Assembly (NCBI GenBank): GCA_013824245.1
Contig: PNNN01000050.1
Span: forward strand, 65,150 to 129,149
Length of the DNA: 64,000 nt
Direction: 5' to 3'
From: Chlorobiaceae bacterium
GTDB taxonomy: Bacteria > Bacteroidota > Ignavibacteria > UBA10030 > SZUA-254
The notes below the pieces were generated by a model. The model saw only the letters and a program-made list of their open reading frames with translations. It did no database searches and was not told the DNA's origin. Of this stretch, positions 10,309 through 21,463 are shown one piece after another (position 1 is the first letter of the stretch; the number at the start of each line of letters is the position of its first letter). The translations under genes and the position numbers were made by a program.

Positions 10309-11073
10309 TTAACGCATAAACATTCCGCCGTCAACTCCGATAACCTGCCCTGTAATATAACTAGAATTTTCCGAAGCCAAAAAAAGAACCAAGGCGGCTA
10401 TATCCTCAGGTTTTCCAAACCGTCGTAGCGGTATTACACTCATATAATTTTCTCTAACTTTCTCGTCCAATTTTTCTGTCATCAGAGTCTCTATGAATCC
10501 GGGAGCAATAGCGTTACACGTAATATTGCGAGAAGCTAATTCTTTTGCAACTGATTTGGTGAAAGCCACTAATCCGCCCTTAGAAGCGGAGTAGTTAACC
10601 TGACCGGCATTTCCCATCAATCCTACAACAGACGCCATATTTATTATTCGACCATACCTTTGGCGCATCATTATCTGACTGGCTGCTTTTGTGAGAAGAA
10701 ACGGACCTTTAAGATTCACATCCATCACAAGATCCCAATCTTTCTCATCCATACGCATCATCAATGTATCGCGTGTAATCCCTGCATTGTTTACGAGAAT
10801 ATCGATTTTCTTGAATGTCTCGTTACTGATATTTATCAGCTTGTTAACTTCTTCAGCGTTCGCAACGTTACAAACAACACCTAACGATTTGCGACCGATG
10901 CTTTCAATTTCTTTTATTGTAAGTTCGATGCCCTCAGCATTGGTATCTGCAATAACAATATTGGCGCCGGCTTTTGCCAATTCTAACGCAATAGACTTTC
11001 CAATTCCCTGCGCGCCGCCTGTAATAATTGCAACTCTATTTTCAACTGTAAATGTCATTTTCTTTTCTTTCAT
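10309..11073 (-). CDS. fabG: 3-oxoacyl-ACP reductase
   Basis: SDR motifs TGGAQGIG and YSASKGG. ATGA overlap with the fabD stop. The true start may be the Met 5 codons in. Confidence 0.94.
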   Translation of the reverse strand: MKEKKMTFTVENRVAIITGGAQGIGKSIALELAKAGANIVIADTNAEGIELTIKEIESIGRKSLGVVCNVANAEEVNKLINISNETFKKIDILVNNAGITRDTLMMRMDEKDWDLVMDVNLKGPFLLTKAASQIMMRQRYGRIINMASVVGLMGNAGQVNYSASKGGLVAFTKSVAKELASRNITCNAIAPGFIETLMTEKLDEKVRENYMSVIPLRRFGKPEDIAALVLFLASENSSYITGQVIGVDGGMFMR

Positions 11074-11981
11074 TCTTTTTCAAGATCATCAAACTTATCA
11101 ATCCCTTTAACATCAATATTCGCGGAAGTCCGCCTTACCAATCCCTGTAAAACTTTTCCCGGACCAACCTCTATAAACTTTTCGGCTCCATCTTTTACCA
11201 TGTTTGAAATCGATTCTTCCCAGCGCACCGCACTGGTAAGCTGTTCGCTCAACATCTTTCGAATTTCTACAGATGATTGAATCGGTTGTGCGGTAACATT
11301 TGTATAAACAGGAATTTTAGCATTTTCAATATTCGTTTGTTGCAGTGCGTTCATCAATCCTTCCCGGGCGCTTTGCATAAGCGGAGAATGAAATGCACCG
11401 CTTACAACCAATTCTTTCGCTATCTTTGCTCCGCGTTCTTTCGATAATTCCATAGCTTTTCGCACACCATCAATAGAACCGCTTATAACAATTTGGCCCG
11501 GCGAATTAAAGTTGGCACATTGTACTATGCCTGTTGCAGATGCCTGAGCGCAAATATCGGCAACCTCATCTGGTACTAACCCCACGATTGCCGCCATAGT
11601 TCCCTTGTTTTTTGTACCCGCTGATTGCATAAGTTCACCGCGCAACCGGACAAGCTTCAATCCATCTTCGAAAGTAATCGAACCTGCCGCAACTAAAGCG
11701 CTGTATTCACCAAGCGAATGACCTGCCACCATAGTTACATTTTTTGCACCAATCAATTGAAGCAGAGCCATGCTATGAAGAAATATCGCCGGTTGAGTAT
11801 TCATCGTTTGGCGCAATAAATCTTCGGGACCATCAAAACAAATATCGCTAAGTCCGATACCTAAAATTTTATCGGCTGTTTTGAAAATTGCTTTCGCACT
11901 TTCATCTTTCTCATACAGGTCTTTTCCCATCCCCACATATTGAGAACCTTGACCGGGGAATATATATGCAATTTTCGACAT
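11070..11981 (-). CDS. fabD: malonyl-CoA:ACP transacylase
   Basis: 303 aa. Active site GHSLGEYSAL. Confidence 0.95.
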   Translation of the reverse strand: MSKIAYIFPGQGSQYVGMGKDLYEKDESAKAIFKTADKILGIGLSDICFDGPEDLLRQTMNTQPAIFLHSMALLQLIGAKNVTMVAGHSLGEYSALVAAGSITFEDGLKLVRLRGELMQSAGTKNKGTMAAIVGLVPDEVADICAQASATGIVQCANFNSPGQIVISGSIDGVRKAMELSKERGAKIAKELVVSGAFHSPLMQSAREGLMNALQQTNIENAKIPVYTNVTAQPIQSSVEIRKMLSEQLTSAVRWEESISNMVKDGAEKFIEVGPGKVLQGLVRRTSANIDVKGIDKFDDLEKE

Positions 11982-11982
11982 T

Positions 11983-13005
11983 TCAATTTTTCGGAGGATC
12001 GATTGTCCATTTTAAAAGTGTTGCACCCCAGGTATATCCTGCACCGAAGCTCGCAAGAACAATTGTACTGCCACGTTTTAATTTTCCGGCTTGCCACCAC
12101 TCCGACAAACACAGCGGAATTGTTGCCGCCGTTGTGTTGCCGTATTTATCAATATTTATCATCACCTTAGACGGATCAAGTCCCATCCGTTCTCGTGTTG
12201 CATCAATTATTCTCAGGTTCGCCTGATGTGGGACTAAATAATCAACATCCTCGCTTTTAAGATTGTTACGCTCCATAATTTCGGCAGAAACATCCGCCAT
12301 CCCTATCACGGCAACTTTGAAGACAGCTTTGCCATCCTGATATATATAATGCCATTTTTTATCTACGGTTTCGTGCGTTGGAGGATTCAAACTACCGCCG
12401 CCTTTCATGTGTAAATATTTTGCACCGGACCCATCGCAATACATTTTTTGATCGATTATTCCAAGCGATGGATCATCGCTCGGCTCAAGAAGCACTGCCG
12501 CTGCTGCATCACCGAAAAGAACACATGTATTTCGGTCTGTGTAATCGGTGATTGAACTCATTTTATCTGAGCCGACAACAATAACTTTTTTGTGGGCACC
12601 TGTTTCAATAAATTGGGAACCAATCGTAAGCGCATAAAGAAAACCCGAACATGCGGCTGATACATCGAACCCCCACGCATTCTTTGCTCCAACTTTATCT
12701 TGAATCAGGCACGATGTTGGAGGGAAAAGCATATCCGGAGTTACAGTAGCCGTGATGATTACTTCGATTTCTTCTGCTGAAATCCCGCGCCGATTTAAAA
12801 CCTGCTGGACTGCTTTTGCTGCCATATCGGAGGTAGCGCCGTTTTCCAATATTCTACGTTCACGGATTCCGGTTCGACTGAATATCCATTCATCGGTTGT
12901 ATCTACCATCTTCTCGAAATCATGATTTGATAATATTTTCTCAGGGACGTAATGTCCAACCGCAGTAACTGCTGCTCGTATTTTCTTCATTTGCTCTAAA
13001 CTCAT
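11983..13005 (-). CDS. fabH: 3-oxoacyl-ACP synthase III
   Basis: 340 aa. Active-site AACSGF and C-terminal GAGYTWGA. Confidence 0.95.
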   Translation of the reverse strand: MSLEQMKKIRAAVTAVGHYVPEKILSNHDFEKMVDTTDEWIFSRTGIRERRILENGATSDMAAKAVQQVLNRRGISAEEIEVIITATVTPDMLFPPTSCLIQDKVGAKNAWGFDVSAACSGFLYALTIGSQFIETGAHKKVIVVGSDKMSSITDYTDRNTCVLFGDAAAAVLLEPSDDPSLGIIDQKMYCDGSGAKYLHMKGGGSLNPPTHETVDKKWHYIYQDGKAVFKVAVIGMADVSAEIMERNNLKSEDVDYLVPHQANLRIIDATRERMGLDPSKVMINIDKYGNTTAATIPLCLSEWWQAGKLKRGSTIVLASFGAGYTWGATLLKWTIDPPKN

Positions 13006-14015
13006 TGTTGAATAGCTTCCTGAATTCGGCTATTGATTTTTTTTCGCGCCATTTCTTCGGCGCGGAAAATCATATTCCTAATCGCCTTCGGGGTTGATTT
13101 ACCGTGACCAATAATGGTAACGCCGTTCACACCAAGCACCGGAACACCGCCAAATTCTTCGTAATCCATGCTTTTGAATGCTTTGCGCAATGTACTGCGC
13201 AGAACTAATCCGGTGAGCTTGAATAGTAAATTTTCCTGAATTACTTTTTTAATTTGATGTTTAAAGAAAGCCGGAATGCTTTCTCCAAACTTTAATATCA
13301 CATTTCCCACAAATCCATCGCAAACAATCACATCGGCTTCCCCCGATAAAATGTCGCGCCCTTCAACGTTTCCAATAAAATTCAATGAGGATTGTTTTAA
13401 AAGTTTATTCGCTTCCTTAACTGCTTCGTTTCCCTTTGTTTCTTCTTCGCCAATATTCAGCAGTGCGATCTTGGGCTTATCGATTCCAAACATTTCTTTC
13501 GTATAGATGCTTCCCATCAGTGCGAATTCATATAGATGTTGGGGTTTACAATCGACGTTCGCACCAGCGTCAAGTAAAAGACAAACACCTTCAACGGTCG
13601 GGAAAAAAGTCCCTATTGTCGGTCGACCGATTCCTTCGATTCTTCCGAGTATGAGGGTTGCGGTAGACATAACAGCGCCCGAATGACCGGCGCTAACAAA
13701 AGCATCGACATTTCCATTTTTATGGAGTGTCATACCAACACTAATAGATGAATCGCGCTTCTGTTTAATACCTGCGGTTGCGGCATCGTGCATATCGATC
13801 ACTTGCGATGCTTCAGCAAATGTGAACTTAGCATGACCGGTAGAAATTTGTTTCAATTCATTTCGGAGTTTTTCTTCGGGTCCTACGAGAATAATCTCGA
13901 ACCGGTTGGATGCCATTGCAAGCGCTTCAACGGCGCCGAGTAAAACGTTTCGTGGGGCAAAATCGCCGCCCATAGCGTCGAGCGCAATCCGTATGTGGGA
14001 GCTTTCAGCGTTCAA
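13002..14015 (-). CDS. plsX: phosphate acyltransferase
   Basis: 337 aa. IALDAMGGDFAP at the N-terminus. ATGA overlap with the fabH start. Confidence 0.95.
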   Translation of the reverse strand: MNAESSHIRIALDAMGGDFAPRNVLLGAVEALAMASNRFEIILVGPEEKLRNELKQISTGHAKFTFAEASQVIDMHDAATAGIKQKRDSSISVGMTLHKNGNVDAFVSAGHSGAVMSTATLILGRIEGIGRPTIGTFFPTVEGVCLLLDAGANVDCKPQHLYEFALMGSIYTKEMFGIDKPKIALLNIGEEETKGNEAVKEANKLLKQSSLNFIGNVEGRDILSGEADVIVCDGFVGNVILKFGESIPAFFKHQIKKVIQENLLFKLTGLVLRSTLRKAFKSMDYEEFGGVPVLGVNGVTIIGHGKSTPKAIRNMIFRAEEMARKKINSRIQEAIQQ

Positions 14016-14084
14016 TGAACTATCTTCGCGGCTTCAGTTTATAATGCAGCGTTATTTGAGAAAAGAGAAAATCGTTTAAACGAT

Positions 14085-14267
14085 TTAAGATTCTTTCGGT
14101 ACAACAATCGAACGTCCGTTATACTGTCCACAATTAGGGCAAGCGCGATGGAGTAGCTTTTGCTCATGGCAATTTGGGCATTCGCCATACGATGGTTTTG
14201 TGGCTTTATAATGTGTCCGGCGTTTCGCACCGCGTGTTTTAGAATGTCGACGTTTTGGATTTGGCAT
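14085..14267 (-). CDS. rpmF: 50S ribosomal protein L32
   Basis: 60 aa. Starts [19 protein letters not shown] and has two CxxC pairs. Confidence 0.95.
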   Translation of the reverse strand: MPNPKRRHSKTRGAKRRTHYKATKPSYGECPNCHEQKLLHRACPNCGQYNGRSIVVPKES

Positions 14268-14288
14268 TTTATTGTTTCCTTTTTATGT

Positions 14289-14816
14289 TCACTTGTGTAA
14301 TAGACCTTGAAGACCTTGCCAGCGCTGATCTACTTCTTCATTATCGCACGCGCAAGATTCACGATTCCAATTTGCCCCACATCGCGGGCATAATCCCTTA
14401 CAATCTTCCGCACAGAGTAACTTGAGCGGTATAGAAAGCGTAATCAATTGACGAATATCTTCAGTCAGATCCAATGAAACAGTGTCGGGACTTATTATTT
14501 GCAACTCATCCGGAGGAAATGCGCCACCATCTTTTTCGTTGTAGACATAACATATTTTACATCCAACATCAACAGGTTCGCGGAATTCTTCCAGACAACG
14601 ATCACACTGAAAATGGCCGACTGTTTTTATATCTGCTTTTAAATAAATTTGATGAGGCGATTTATCAACTATCGTACTTATTGAGATGTTTTCTCGGAAT
14701 TGGTCTGTCAGACTTAATTCGCTCGGCTCAGCAGTGAATTGAAACTCATGAACGTTGTTCGAGAGCCCGGAGATTCGAATTGCGACTGCCACATTCTTTC
14801 TACTTTTTCCGTGCAT
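14289..14816 (-). CDS. yceD: YceD/DUF177 family protein
   Basis: 175 aa. Conserved position upstream of rpmF-plsX. C-terminal Cys cluster CAEDCKGLCPRCG. Confidence 0.85.
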   Translation of the reverse strand: MHGKSRKNVAVAIRISGLSNNVHEFQFTAEPSELSLTDQFRENISISTIVDKSPHQIYLKADIKTVGHFQCDRCLEEFREPVDVGCKICYVYNEKDGGAFPPDELQIISPDTVSLDLTEDIRQLITLSIPLKLLCAEDCKGLCPRCGANWNRESCACDNEEVDQRWQGLQGLLHK

Positions 14817-14875
14817 ATCTACCCCGTCTCTGAAAAATTCGTCAAATCGCGCTATTTTTCTTAAAAAGCAATTTA

Positions 14876-14904
14876 AATATAGAAAATAATCAGTCGATAG
14901 TCAA
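14876..14904 (-). promoter_or_regulatory. candidate sigma70-type promoter of the yceD-rpmF-plsX-fab operon
   Basis: Minus strand reads TTGACT, a 17-nt spacer, then TATATT, ending 59 nt upstream of the yceD ATG. Sequence match only. Confidence 0.3.
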
Positions 14905-14985
14905 GGTTATCTTTTCATACGAAAAAGTCCAAAATACGACTTTTACGGCAATCCGAATTTGTAAGAGGAAGTCAACAATTTAATA

Positions 14986-17259
14986 TTATCTTCGTAAAAC
15001 CGCTAACTTACCAATAGCAACTTTTGTTCCGTCCTCTCCGTACGCGATTACAAGATAAACACCCGTTGCAACCGGCTCACCGGATTCATTGGTTCCATCC
15101 CAAAAACCAACGCGTCCGCAGGGACACGAAACATTTTTAACCAGATCACCGCTTATTGTTAAGACTTTAATGGAAGATGCGTATATCAAACCGTCTACGG
15201 TGATAGGGGTTGATGCGGGTACGATAAACGGATTCGGTTTAAAAACCAATTCATCAAATGAAGCTTTGGGGGCTATATACGGTGTTGAGAGTGTTGAAAG
15301 ACCTTTCTCTGTACCGAGATAAATAGTGCCGGTAGATTTATTCCACGCAATGGAAGCGATGTCGTTACCCAATAATTTCCGATTTGTATTTTCGGTAGTG
15401 TATCTTTCGAGTATCGATGTTCCATCGGGGGATAAAACAAAAACTCCCTGCTTGGTTGCCACCCATTTATTGTTGCAAGCATCGACTAAAATTGCCTGAA
15501 CAATTTGATCTTGTAACGGATGATACATAGCAACGGTTCGAATTGGATCTGCCGGATTGAAAATAATCGTAATTCCTTGATCGGAACCGATCCATAATTC
15601 ACCGTTATTGTCAACGGCGAGAGACCAGACCTGATAACTTGTTAAACCGTTATCGGAGGTCATTCTTCCCCACCCAGATGATATCCCGGGTGTTATACTT
15701 TTATCGTTGTAATAAAACAATCCCTGAGCCGATTCATGATCGAAGCGGCTGGTATTTGCGAACCATTTAGTGTCGTTTTGATCGATGACAAGGTCAGTGA
15801 ATATGGTTACCGGATTTCGCATATTCCTTTTAACATGATAGTCGAGCGTTGAATCTGCTTTCATTAAAACAACTGCGGTACTGTCGGGTGCAGTTCGATT
15901 TGTTATCCATGTTGTTCCCCGCTGATCAACCGCAACACCTCCAACAACTATATACAGCAAATTATTATCTAACGTCGGGGGGAGTCCATTCGTCGTATTG
16001 AGTGTTTTTTGAACTACTCCTTTATCATCAATTATAGTTACCCCGCATCCCCAATTACTCATCCATTTCGAATTGTCTTTCCCTAAACTCACTTTATAAT
16101 AATCGTTGGAACAAAGGTTTGAGTCGGTAGTGGCGTTATACGATGTCCATCGTAAGCCGTCAAAACTCATAAATCCATCGCCATATGTTTTTCCTGTTGC
16201 TGACCAGAGCGTGCCGAGATCGTCGACAACAATGCTCACAAAGTTATTTGTGGGCGGACCCGGCGGTAAAAGGTAAGACCACTTCTGTTCGAGAGTAGGG
16301 GAAGAATTTCGAATTAAAACACCGCTTTTATCGGTGCCGATTATTGACGAAGATTGAATGCTTGAAAGTGTAACATTGAACTGTGTATCCCGGAGAACCG
16401 CATTACCGTCGAGCACTCTCCATAATTCCTGTGGAGTGATGAAAAAATATTGCACATTGTTTTCGTCCGGTAATTTATTGATGGTAATGCCGCGAATATT
16501 TTTATTCTCTGTTCCCGAAATAGTATTCCAAGAAGATCCTGTCCACCGACTAATGCCGTTTGCAGTTGCCGCAATAAGATTGCCATTGGCTTGTTCAATA
16601 TCGTTGACTGTTGTTGACGCTAAACCGTTACTTTGATTGTAGACTCGCCACCCGTCAGGCGCAGAAGGATTTGGATTAGACGAATGTGTAGATGCTATGC
16701 CGAATCGTGTTGCAACCCAGATTGTGTCGTTATAAATCTTGAGCCCGGTAACCCCTCCGGTAATTGTAGTCGGAGCCGCGCCAAATCTTAAAAAGGTACC
16801 GCTGAATTCTAAATTTGAAAGTGAGTAGATGCTCAGACCTATATCGGAAAGAATAAAAAGCGTGTCGCCGCTAATTATAAATTTATTAATTCGTTTGCTT
16901 GGTCCGTGATCTTTATCTAAAAAAATATCTGTAATATTAAGCCACTCACCCTTTGAAGGTGTGTATCGTTGTATATATCCGTCTGCACCGCCGATCCAAA
17001 CATTATATTCCTTATCGAGTGTTATGGCAGTCAGATCAAGCGTTCGCAGTCCCTCGGTAGGAGTAAATTCGATATATGAACTGTCGGAAAATTTGAATGA
17101 GAACATTCCGCCGCTTGTGGCAGCCCATATCATATCGGGATAATTAGATGCTACGGCGCGCACTTCGCTTTTTGAAGTGTACGATTTCCATTCCCCCACC
17201 CCGCCGAACACGGGAGATGATATAATACTTACGCACAGAAAATAAAGTAACACGCGCAT
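14986..17259 (-). CDS. secreted beta-propeller protein (two-component-regulator-propeller repeats) with T9SS-type C-terminal sorting domain
   Basis: 757 aa. Signal peptide, repeated W-x-G/T...GL propeller blades, and a C-terminal ~80-aa beta-sandwich tail (FKPNPF...GVYLV...GKLAVLRR). Confidence 0.7.
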   Translation of the reverse strand: MRVLLYFLCVSIISSPVFGGVGEWKSYTSKSEVRAVASNYPDMIWAATSGGMFSFKFSDSSYIEFTPTEGLRTLDLTAITLDKEYNVWIGGADGYIQRYTPSKGEWLNITDIFLDKDHGPSKRINKFIISGDTLFILSDIGLSIYSLSNLEFSGTFLRFGAAPTTITGGVTGLKIYNDTIWVATRFGIASTHSSNPNPSAPDGWRVYNQSNGLASTTVNDIEQANGNLIAATANGISRWTGSSWNTISGTENKNIRGITINKLPDENNVQYFFITPQELWRVLDGNAVLRDTQFNVTLSSIQSSSIIGTDKSGVLIRNSSPTLEQKWSYLLPPGPPTNNFVSIVVDDLGTLWSATGKTYGDGFMSFDGLRWTSYNATTDSNLCSNDYYKVSLGKDNSKWMSNWGCGVTIIDDKGVVQKTLNTTNGLPPTLDNNLLYIVVGGVAVDQRGTTWITNRTAPDSTAVVLMKADSTLDYHVKRNMRNPVTIFTDLVIDQNDTKWFANTSRFDHESAQGLFYYNDKSITPGISSGWGRMTSDNGLTSYQVWSLAVDNNGELWIGSDQGITIIFNPADPIRTVAMYHPLQDQIVQAILVDACNNKWVATKQGVFVLSPDGTSILERYTTENTNRKLLGNDIASIAWNKSTGTIYLGTEKGLSTLSTPYIAPKASFDELVFKPNPFIVPASTPITVDGLIYASSIKVLTISGDLVKNVSCPCGRVGFWDGTNESGEPVATGVYLVIAYGEDGTKVAIGKLAVLRR

Positions 17260-17284
17260 TTAGGGTACTATCGGAATAAGATAA

Positions 17285-17764
17285 TTATTTTTTCTTATTC
17301 GAAATTTTCTTCTGAAGGTCAGCTAATTCGATAGCGGCGAGCGCAGCATCCCATCCTTTATTTCCGGCTTTTGTTCCTGCGCGTTCAATCGCCTGTTCAA
17401 GAGAGTCGGTTGTAAGCACGCCGAATACGATAGGCAACTGTTCCTCAAGGGCAACACGGTTGATACCAACACTAACAGTGTTTGCGATGTATTCGAAATG
17501 CGGGGTGTCTCCTTGTATAACACATCCAAGACAAATAACCGCATCGTATTTACCGCTTTTGGCAACTTTTTGAGCCACCTGTGGAATTTCGAACGCACCC
17601 GGACAAAAGATTACATCGACCGCTTTATCCTGTCCGCCGTGCCTTACGATACAATCGATCGCCGATTCGAGTAATCGATTTGTGATGAAGTCGTTAAATC
17701 TGCTTACGACAATACCGAATTTAAACTGAGCCGCAGAAAGAGTTCCTTCGATGACGTTTGGCAT
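17285..17764 (-). CDS. ribH: 6,7-dimethyl-8-ribityllumazine synthase
   Basis: 159 aa. Motifs FGIVVSRFN and GAFEIP plus [11 protein letters not shown]. Confidence 0.95.
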   Translation of the reverse strand: MPNVIEGTLSAAQFKFGIVVSRFNDFITNRLLESAIDCIVRHGGQDKAVDVIFCPGAFEIPQVAQKVAKSGKYDAVICLGCVIQGDTPHFEYIANTVSVGINRVALEEQLPIVFGVLTTDSLEQAIERAGTKAGNKGWDAALAAIELADLQKKISNKKK

Positions 17765-17804
17765 AATAATATTACTAAAAGGTGAATGAGAATTGATTAA
17801 AAAT

Positions 17805-18632
17805 TCAGTTTGTAAATAATCTTCGGCGCATCATCTCGACAACCGATGATGGAATAACATATTGACCGAGCGAGTCTTCATCATTCCGATCTCCACCATG
17901 GAAATCGGATCCCCCACTGCTAAGCAGACAATATTCATTAACTATTCCCCGGTAATAATAAATCAAGTCGGGTGAATGCGCGGGGTGTATAACTTCAATT
18001 CCGTCAAGCCCCGCTTTGATGAGACGAAATATTAAATCTTCTTTAACGGAACGACCCGGATGAGCCAAAAACGATAATCCGCCGCACTGTGAAATTAATT
18101 TGATTGTCTCTTCGGGTGTAAAATTCCATTTTTGTTCATAAGCGGGCTTGCCGTTACCGATGTATTTATTGAACGCTTCATAATATGTTCCGGTGTGTCC
18201 GCCATTGACTAGCGCAGTTGCGATATGCGGACGACCGACCGATTCTCCGTCAACTTCATCCATCACTGAATCAATTGTTAGAGGAACATTCATTTGATTG
18301 AGTTTACCGACAATACGTTTTGCCCGATCCACACGCTCGCGCTGGAACACTTCGAGTGATTCAATAAGCATGCTGTTGTGATGATCTATAAAATATCCAA
18401 GCATATGAACCTCGGTACCGTTAAACGTCGCGCTCAATTCAATGCCCGGAATAATTTCTATCCCTTTTTGTTTTCCAAGTTCAATAGCTTCATCTATTGC
18501 GCCAACACTATCGTGATCGGTGATGCTGATAATTTTTAATCCCGCGCGATCCGCTCTGTCAATAAGTTCTTCGGTGGAACATGTACCGTCGGAATATCGT
18601 GTATGTAGATGTAGGTCTGCCTTTGCTTCCAA
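17805..18632 (-). CDS. PHP-domain phosphoesterase (TrpH/YciV-like)
   Basis: 275 aa. N-terminal [12 protein letters not shown] and downstream His/Asp metal ligands of the PHP fold. Confidence 0.85.
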   Translation of the reverse strand: MEAKADLHLHTRYSDGTCSTEELIDRADRAGLKIISITDHDSVGAIDEAIELGKQKGIEIIPGIELSATFNGTEVHMLGYFIDHHNSMLIESLEVFQRERVDRAKRIVGKLNQMNVPLTIDSVMDEVDGESVGRPHIATALVNGGHTGTYYEAFNKYIGNGKPAYEQKWNFTPEETIKLISQCGGLSFLAHPGRSVKEDLIFRLIKAGLDGIEVIHPAHSPDLIYYYRGIVNEYCLLSSGGSDFHGGDRNDEDSLGQYVIPSSVVEMMRRRLFTN

Positions 18633-18679
18633 ATAATCCTCCCGGATCTAATTATCTCTATTAAATAAATGATCTATTC

Positions 18680-19417
18680 TCACATGAATAAGCTTTTAAA
18701 TTTTTCGTAATCGCCTATGATGAGTTTATTACCGCGCATTTCTACAAGACCTTTTTTAATGAAGCTATGAACAACCCGTGATATGGTTTCGCGGGATGTT
18801 CCAGCCATGTTGGCTAAATCCTGTTGTAACGGAAGCTCGTCGATTTCCACACGACCTTTCCGGATTGTCCCAATATCGTCTGCAAGCTGAAGGATGACGT
18901 TTGCAACACGTCCCGTTGCGTCTTTCAGAGATAAACTCTTGATCTGAGAATCTGCTTTGCGCAATCGGAGAGTCATTTCTTTTAATAGTGAAATCGCAAC
19001 CGATGGAACATCCTGCATCAGCTTGAGAAAATCCCGACGGTGAATCATGAACAGTTCGGTTTTTGTAATGGCAACCACGCTCGCCGAGCGAGACAAACCA
19101 TCGAGAATCGACATCTCGCCAAAGAAATCGTTTTCACCGAGTATCGAAAGTATCACTTCTCTTCCTTCATCGTCCGTTCGAACAATTTTCACTTTACCGG
19201 AAACGATGACGAAGAGCGCCGCACCTGTTTCTTCTTCAAGTAGGATTATGCTTCCCTTTTTATACTTTTTACGAACTCCAACACGAACTATCTTCGCTAA
19301 TTCTGCGGCTTCAATATCCGCAAATACCGGGACATTCCGAATAAATTCCATGGCTTCGCCAAGTTCGGAGGAGAGTGGGGGTTGAGGGACACCGGGCATA
19401 CTTATATGTGTTTCCAT
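18680..19417 (-). CDS. Crp/Fnr-family transcriptional regulator
   Basis: 245 aa. cNMP-binding beta-roll (FFGEMSILDG...RSASV) and a C-terminal HTH (TSRETISRVV). Confidence 0.85.
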   Translation of the reverse strand: METHISMPGVPQPPLSSELGEAMEFIRNVPVFADIEAAELAKIVRVGVRKKYKKGSIILLEEETGAALFVIVSGKVKIVRTDDEGREVILSILGENDFFGEMSILDGLSRSASVVAITKTELFMIHRRDFLKLMQDVPSVAISLLKEMTLRLRKADSQIKSLSLKDATGRVANVILQLADDIGTIRKGRVEIDELPLQQDLANMAGTSRETISRVVHSFIKKGLVEMRGNKLIIGDYEKFKSLFM

Positions 19418-19520
19418 GCTTTTCTTTCGTCGTTACTGAAGATTAATTTAATCTGTTAAACGAGTTTGAAATAATATACTGTGGATGACGTTGAAAGTCA
19501 AGTTAAATATTAATTTTCTC

Positions 19521-20303
19521 TTATTGATTGAATAATAAATATGATAAAATCGCTATGGAAACCTGCGAAACCACAAGGGAAATACCAGAAACGGTATCAA
19601 GTCGTTTTACTCGATCCAGCAGTTGGTTATTTTTAGTTGTTCGGTATTCTTTGTAAAGTTTATCGGCTTGAATTTTGCTATATGCCGCTGTGATTCCGCT
19701 TATGATTGAAGCACTGCCGGCAATATATAGCGGCAATAATTTATTTGATCCATCAGAATCTAAAAACATCGACCGTTTTTTTCCATCCGGAGCTGGTAAT
19801 GGTTGGAGGAATACTTTTGGGAAATCTCCTTCGAATGAATTAACAACGGTACTGTCATAATAACCCTCAAGCATGAATCTTATTTTAACGTCTATCCCTA
19901 AATCATCAATGTTCAATGGTGTTCTCCCTATCAATGAATCATTTTTATAGACGATGGCATTGAACGGCTCGGTTAATATTCTTGATGATTCAGAAATATA
20001 AATCTGCTTATCGACATGTCCGTTTGTAGGTATGTTAATTGAATCTATGTAAACGTCTTCATTCCACCGAAATCCATTCAATAAAACGGCTGTTATTTTG
20101 TGAATGCCGCTTGTAACAACCGCGCGGTAAATTGGAGTTTTTCCGATGTAATTTGAATCGATAAATATTTTCACGCCCGGAATATTTGTATTCACCGAAA
20201 GGGTTGATTGATATTCTTGAGATTCAAACAAGCTATCGGTTTGTCCAAACAGTTTTCCTATCGACAAAATTACAACAAAATAAATTAATGCAACACGTTT
20301 CAA
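19521..20303 (-). CDS. PEGA-domain membrane protein
   Basis: 260 aa. Signal peptide, two PEGA-like modules (VKIFIDSNYIGKTP...; AIVYKNDSLIGRTPL...) and C-terminal hydrophobic helices. Confidence 0.55.
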   Translation of the reverse strand: MKRVALIYFVVILSIGKLFGQTDSLFESQEYQSTLSVNTNIPGVKIFIDSNYIGKTPIYRAVVTSGIHKITAVLLNGFRWNEDVYIDSINIPTNGHVDKQIYISESSRILTEPFNAIVYKNDSLIGRTPLNIDDLGIDVKIRFMLEGYYDSTVVNSFEGDFPKVFLQPLPAPDGKKRSMFLDSDGSNKLLPLYIAGSASIISGITAAYSKIQADKLYKEYRTTKNNQLLDRVKRLDTVSGISLVVSQVSIAILSYLLFNQ

Positions 20304-21463
20304 TCCGACTCTCCTTTTCGAAGAGCGACTAACGAACGATCTTCCGTTAAAATATATAACAAACCGTTGCTCAGCACAGGCGGAGAAACTATCCGCCCTT
20401 CGGCTTTATATTTCCAAATCACTTTGCCTGAATTTGATTCGACAGCATACAGATGTTTGTCGAAAGAACCGATGTATAATATATTTCCCGATAACAGCGG
20501 AGATGAGCCGAGAACTCCGCCCAGTGTAAACCGCCAAATAATTTCGCCGGTTCCTTTTTTCAAACATAAAACTTCGCTGCCTGCTGTAACCACAAAAATC
20601 TTTCCTTCACCAACGGCGGCTGATGAGTAAATTTTTCCACCAACATCAGTTGACCATAAAATATTTCCGGTTGAGAGTTCTAACGATAATACTTTACCGT
20701 CTAAAGTTCCGATGAAAATATTATTCTCCTGAATTGAAGGAGTTGCAGCCAAGCCACTTCCAACCCGTTTTTGCCATCGCGGAGAACCATCGTGAGAATT
20801 GACTGCGACTATCGATCCATCATCCGCTCCATAAACTATCGTTTCACCGTATGCCGCGGGAGAAGAATGACTGGTAGATTGTCGATGGTTATTGAATTGT
20901 TGGTATTTCCATATTACAGAACCATCTTTCTTATCTATTGAAATCAAACCGTTGTCAACTGTATTGACGATTATACTGTTATCTAAAAGTAATATTGCTG
21001 ATTCGATTCTGCCGATAGATTTCCTCCACACAATTGAACCGCGGCTAAGATCGTAAGCTAACAAACTCCCGTTCTCAACCGAAAGCGCTAAGAACAAAAG
21101 ATTGGCATCAAGAAGCGGTGGTGCATAAATCGCAGGTCCGAAATCTTTCATTCCCAATCCTTTGCCATTTATTTTGTCTATAAGATGAACTTCGCCGCAC
21201 AGGTTTCCGAGACAAATTATATTCCCATTAATTGTTACGCCGAACGGACCAAAGCCAGCCGACGCGTCGTACTCCCAAACTTTAACTAACGGCGGCGCTA
21301 ATTCTTCACCTGTAAAATTCAATCTCTGTATCGAACCTGCAAACATTTTCCAATCGTTCTCATCCGTAACTACGGGCTGACGCAGAATCAGTTTGTTACA
21401 TCCCAACAAACCGATTAGAAAAACAAGTTTACCAACAATAGATAGTTTCATCAGAAATCCCAT
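20300..21463 (-). CDS. PQQ-like (BamB-like) beta-propeller repeat protein
   Basis: 387 aa. Repeated G.V.A.D...G...W motifs. Lipoprotein-like N-terminus (LLGC). Overlaps both neighbours by 4 and 13 nt. Confidence 0.7.
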   Translation of the reverse strand: MGFLMKLSIVGKLVFLIGLLGCNKLILRQPVVTDENDWKMFAGSIQRLNFTGEELAPPLVKVWEYDASAGFGPFGVTINGNIICLGNLCGEVHLIDKINGKGLGMKDFGPAIYAPPLLDANLLFLALSVENGSLLAYDLSRGSIVWRKSIGRIESAILLLDNSIIVNTVDNGLISIDKKDGSVIWKYQQFNNHRQSTSHSSPAAYGETIVYGADDGSIVAVNSHDGSPRWQKRVGSGLAATPSIQENNIFIGTLDGKVLSLELSTGNILWSTDVGGKIYSSAAVGEGKIFVVTAGSEVLCLKKGTGEIIWRFTLGGVLGSSPLLSGNILYIGSFDKHLYAVESNSGKVIWKYKAEGRIVSPPVLSNGLLYILTEDRSLVALRKGESD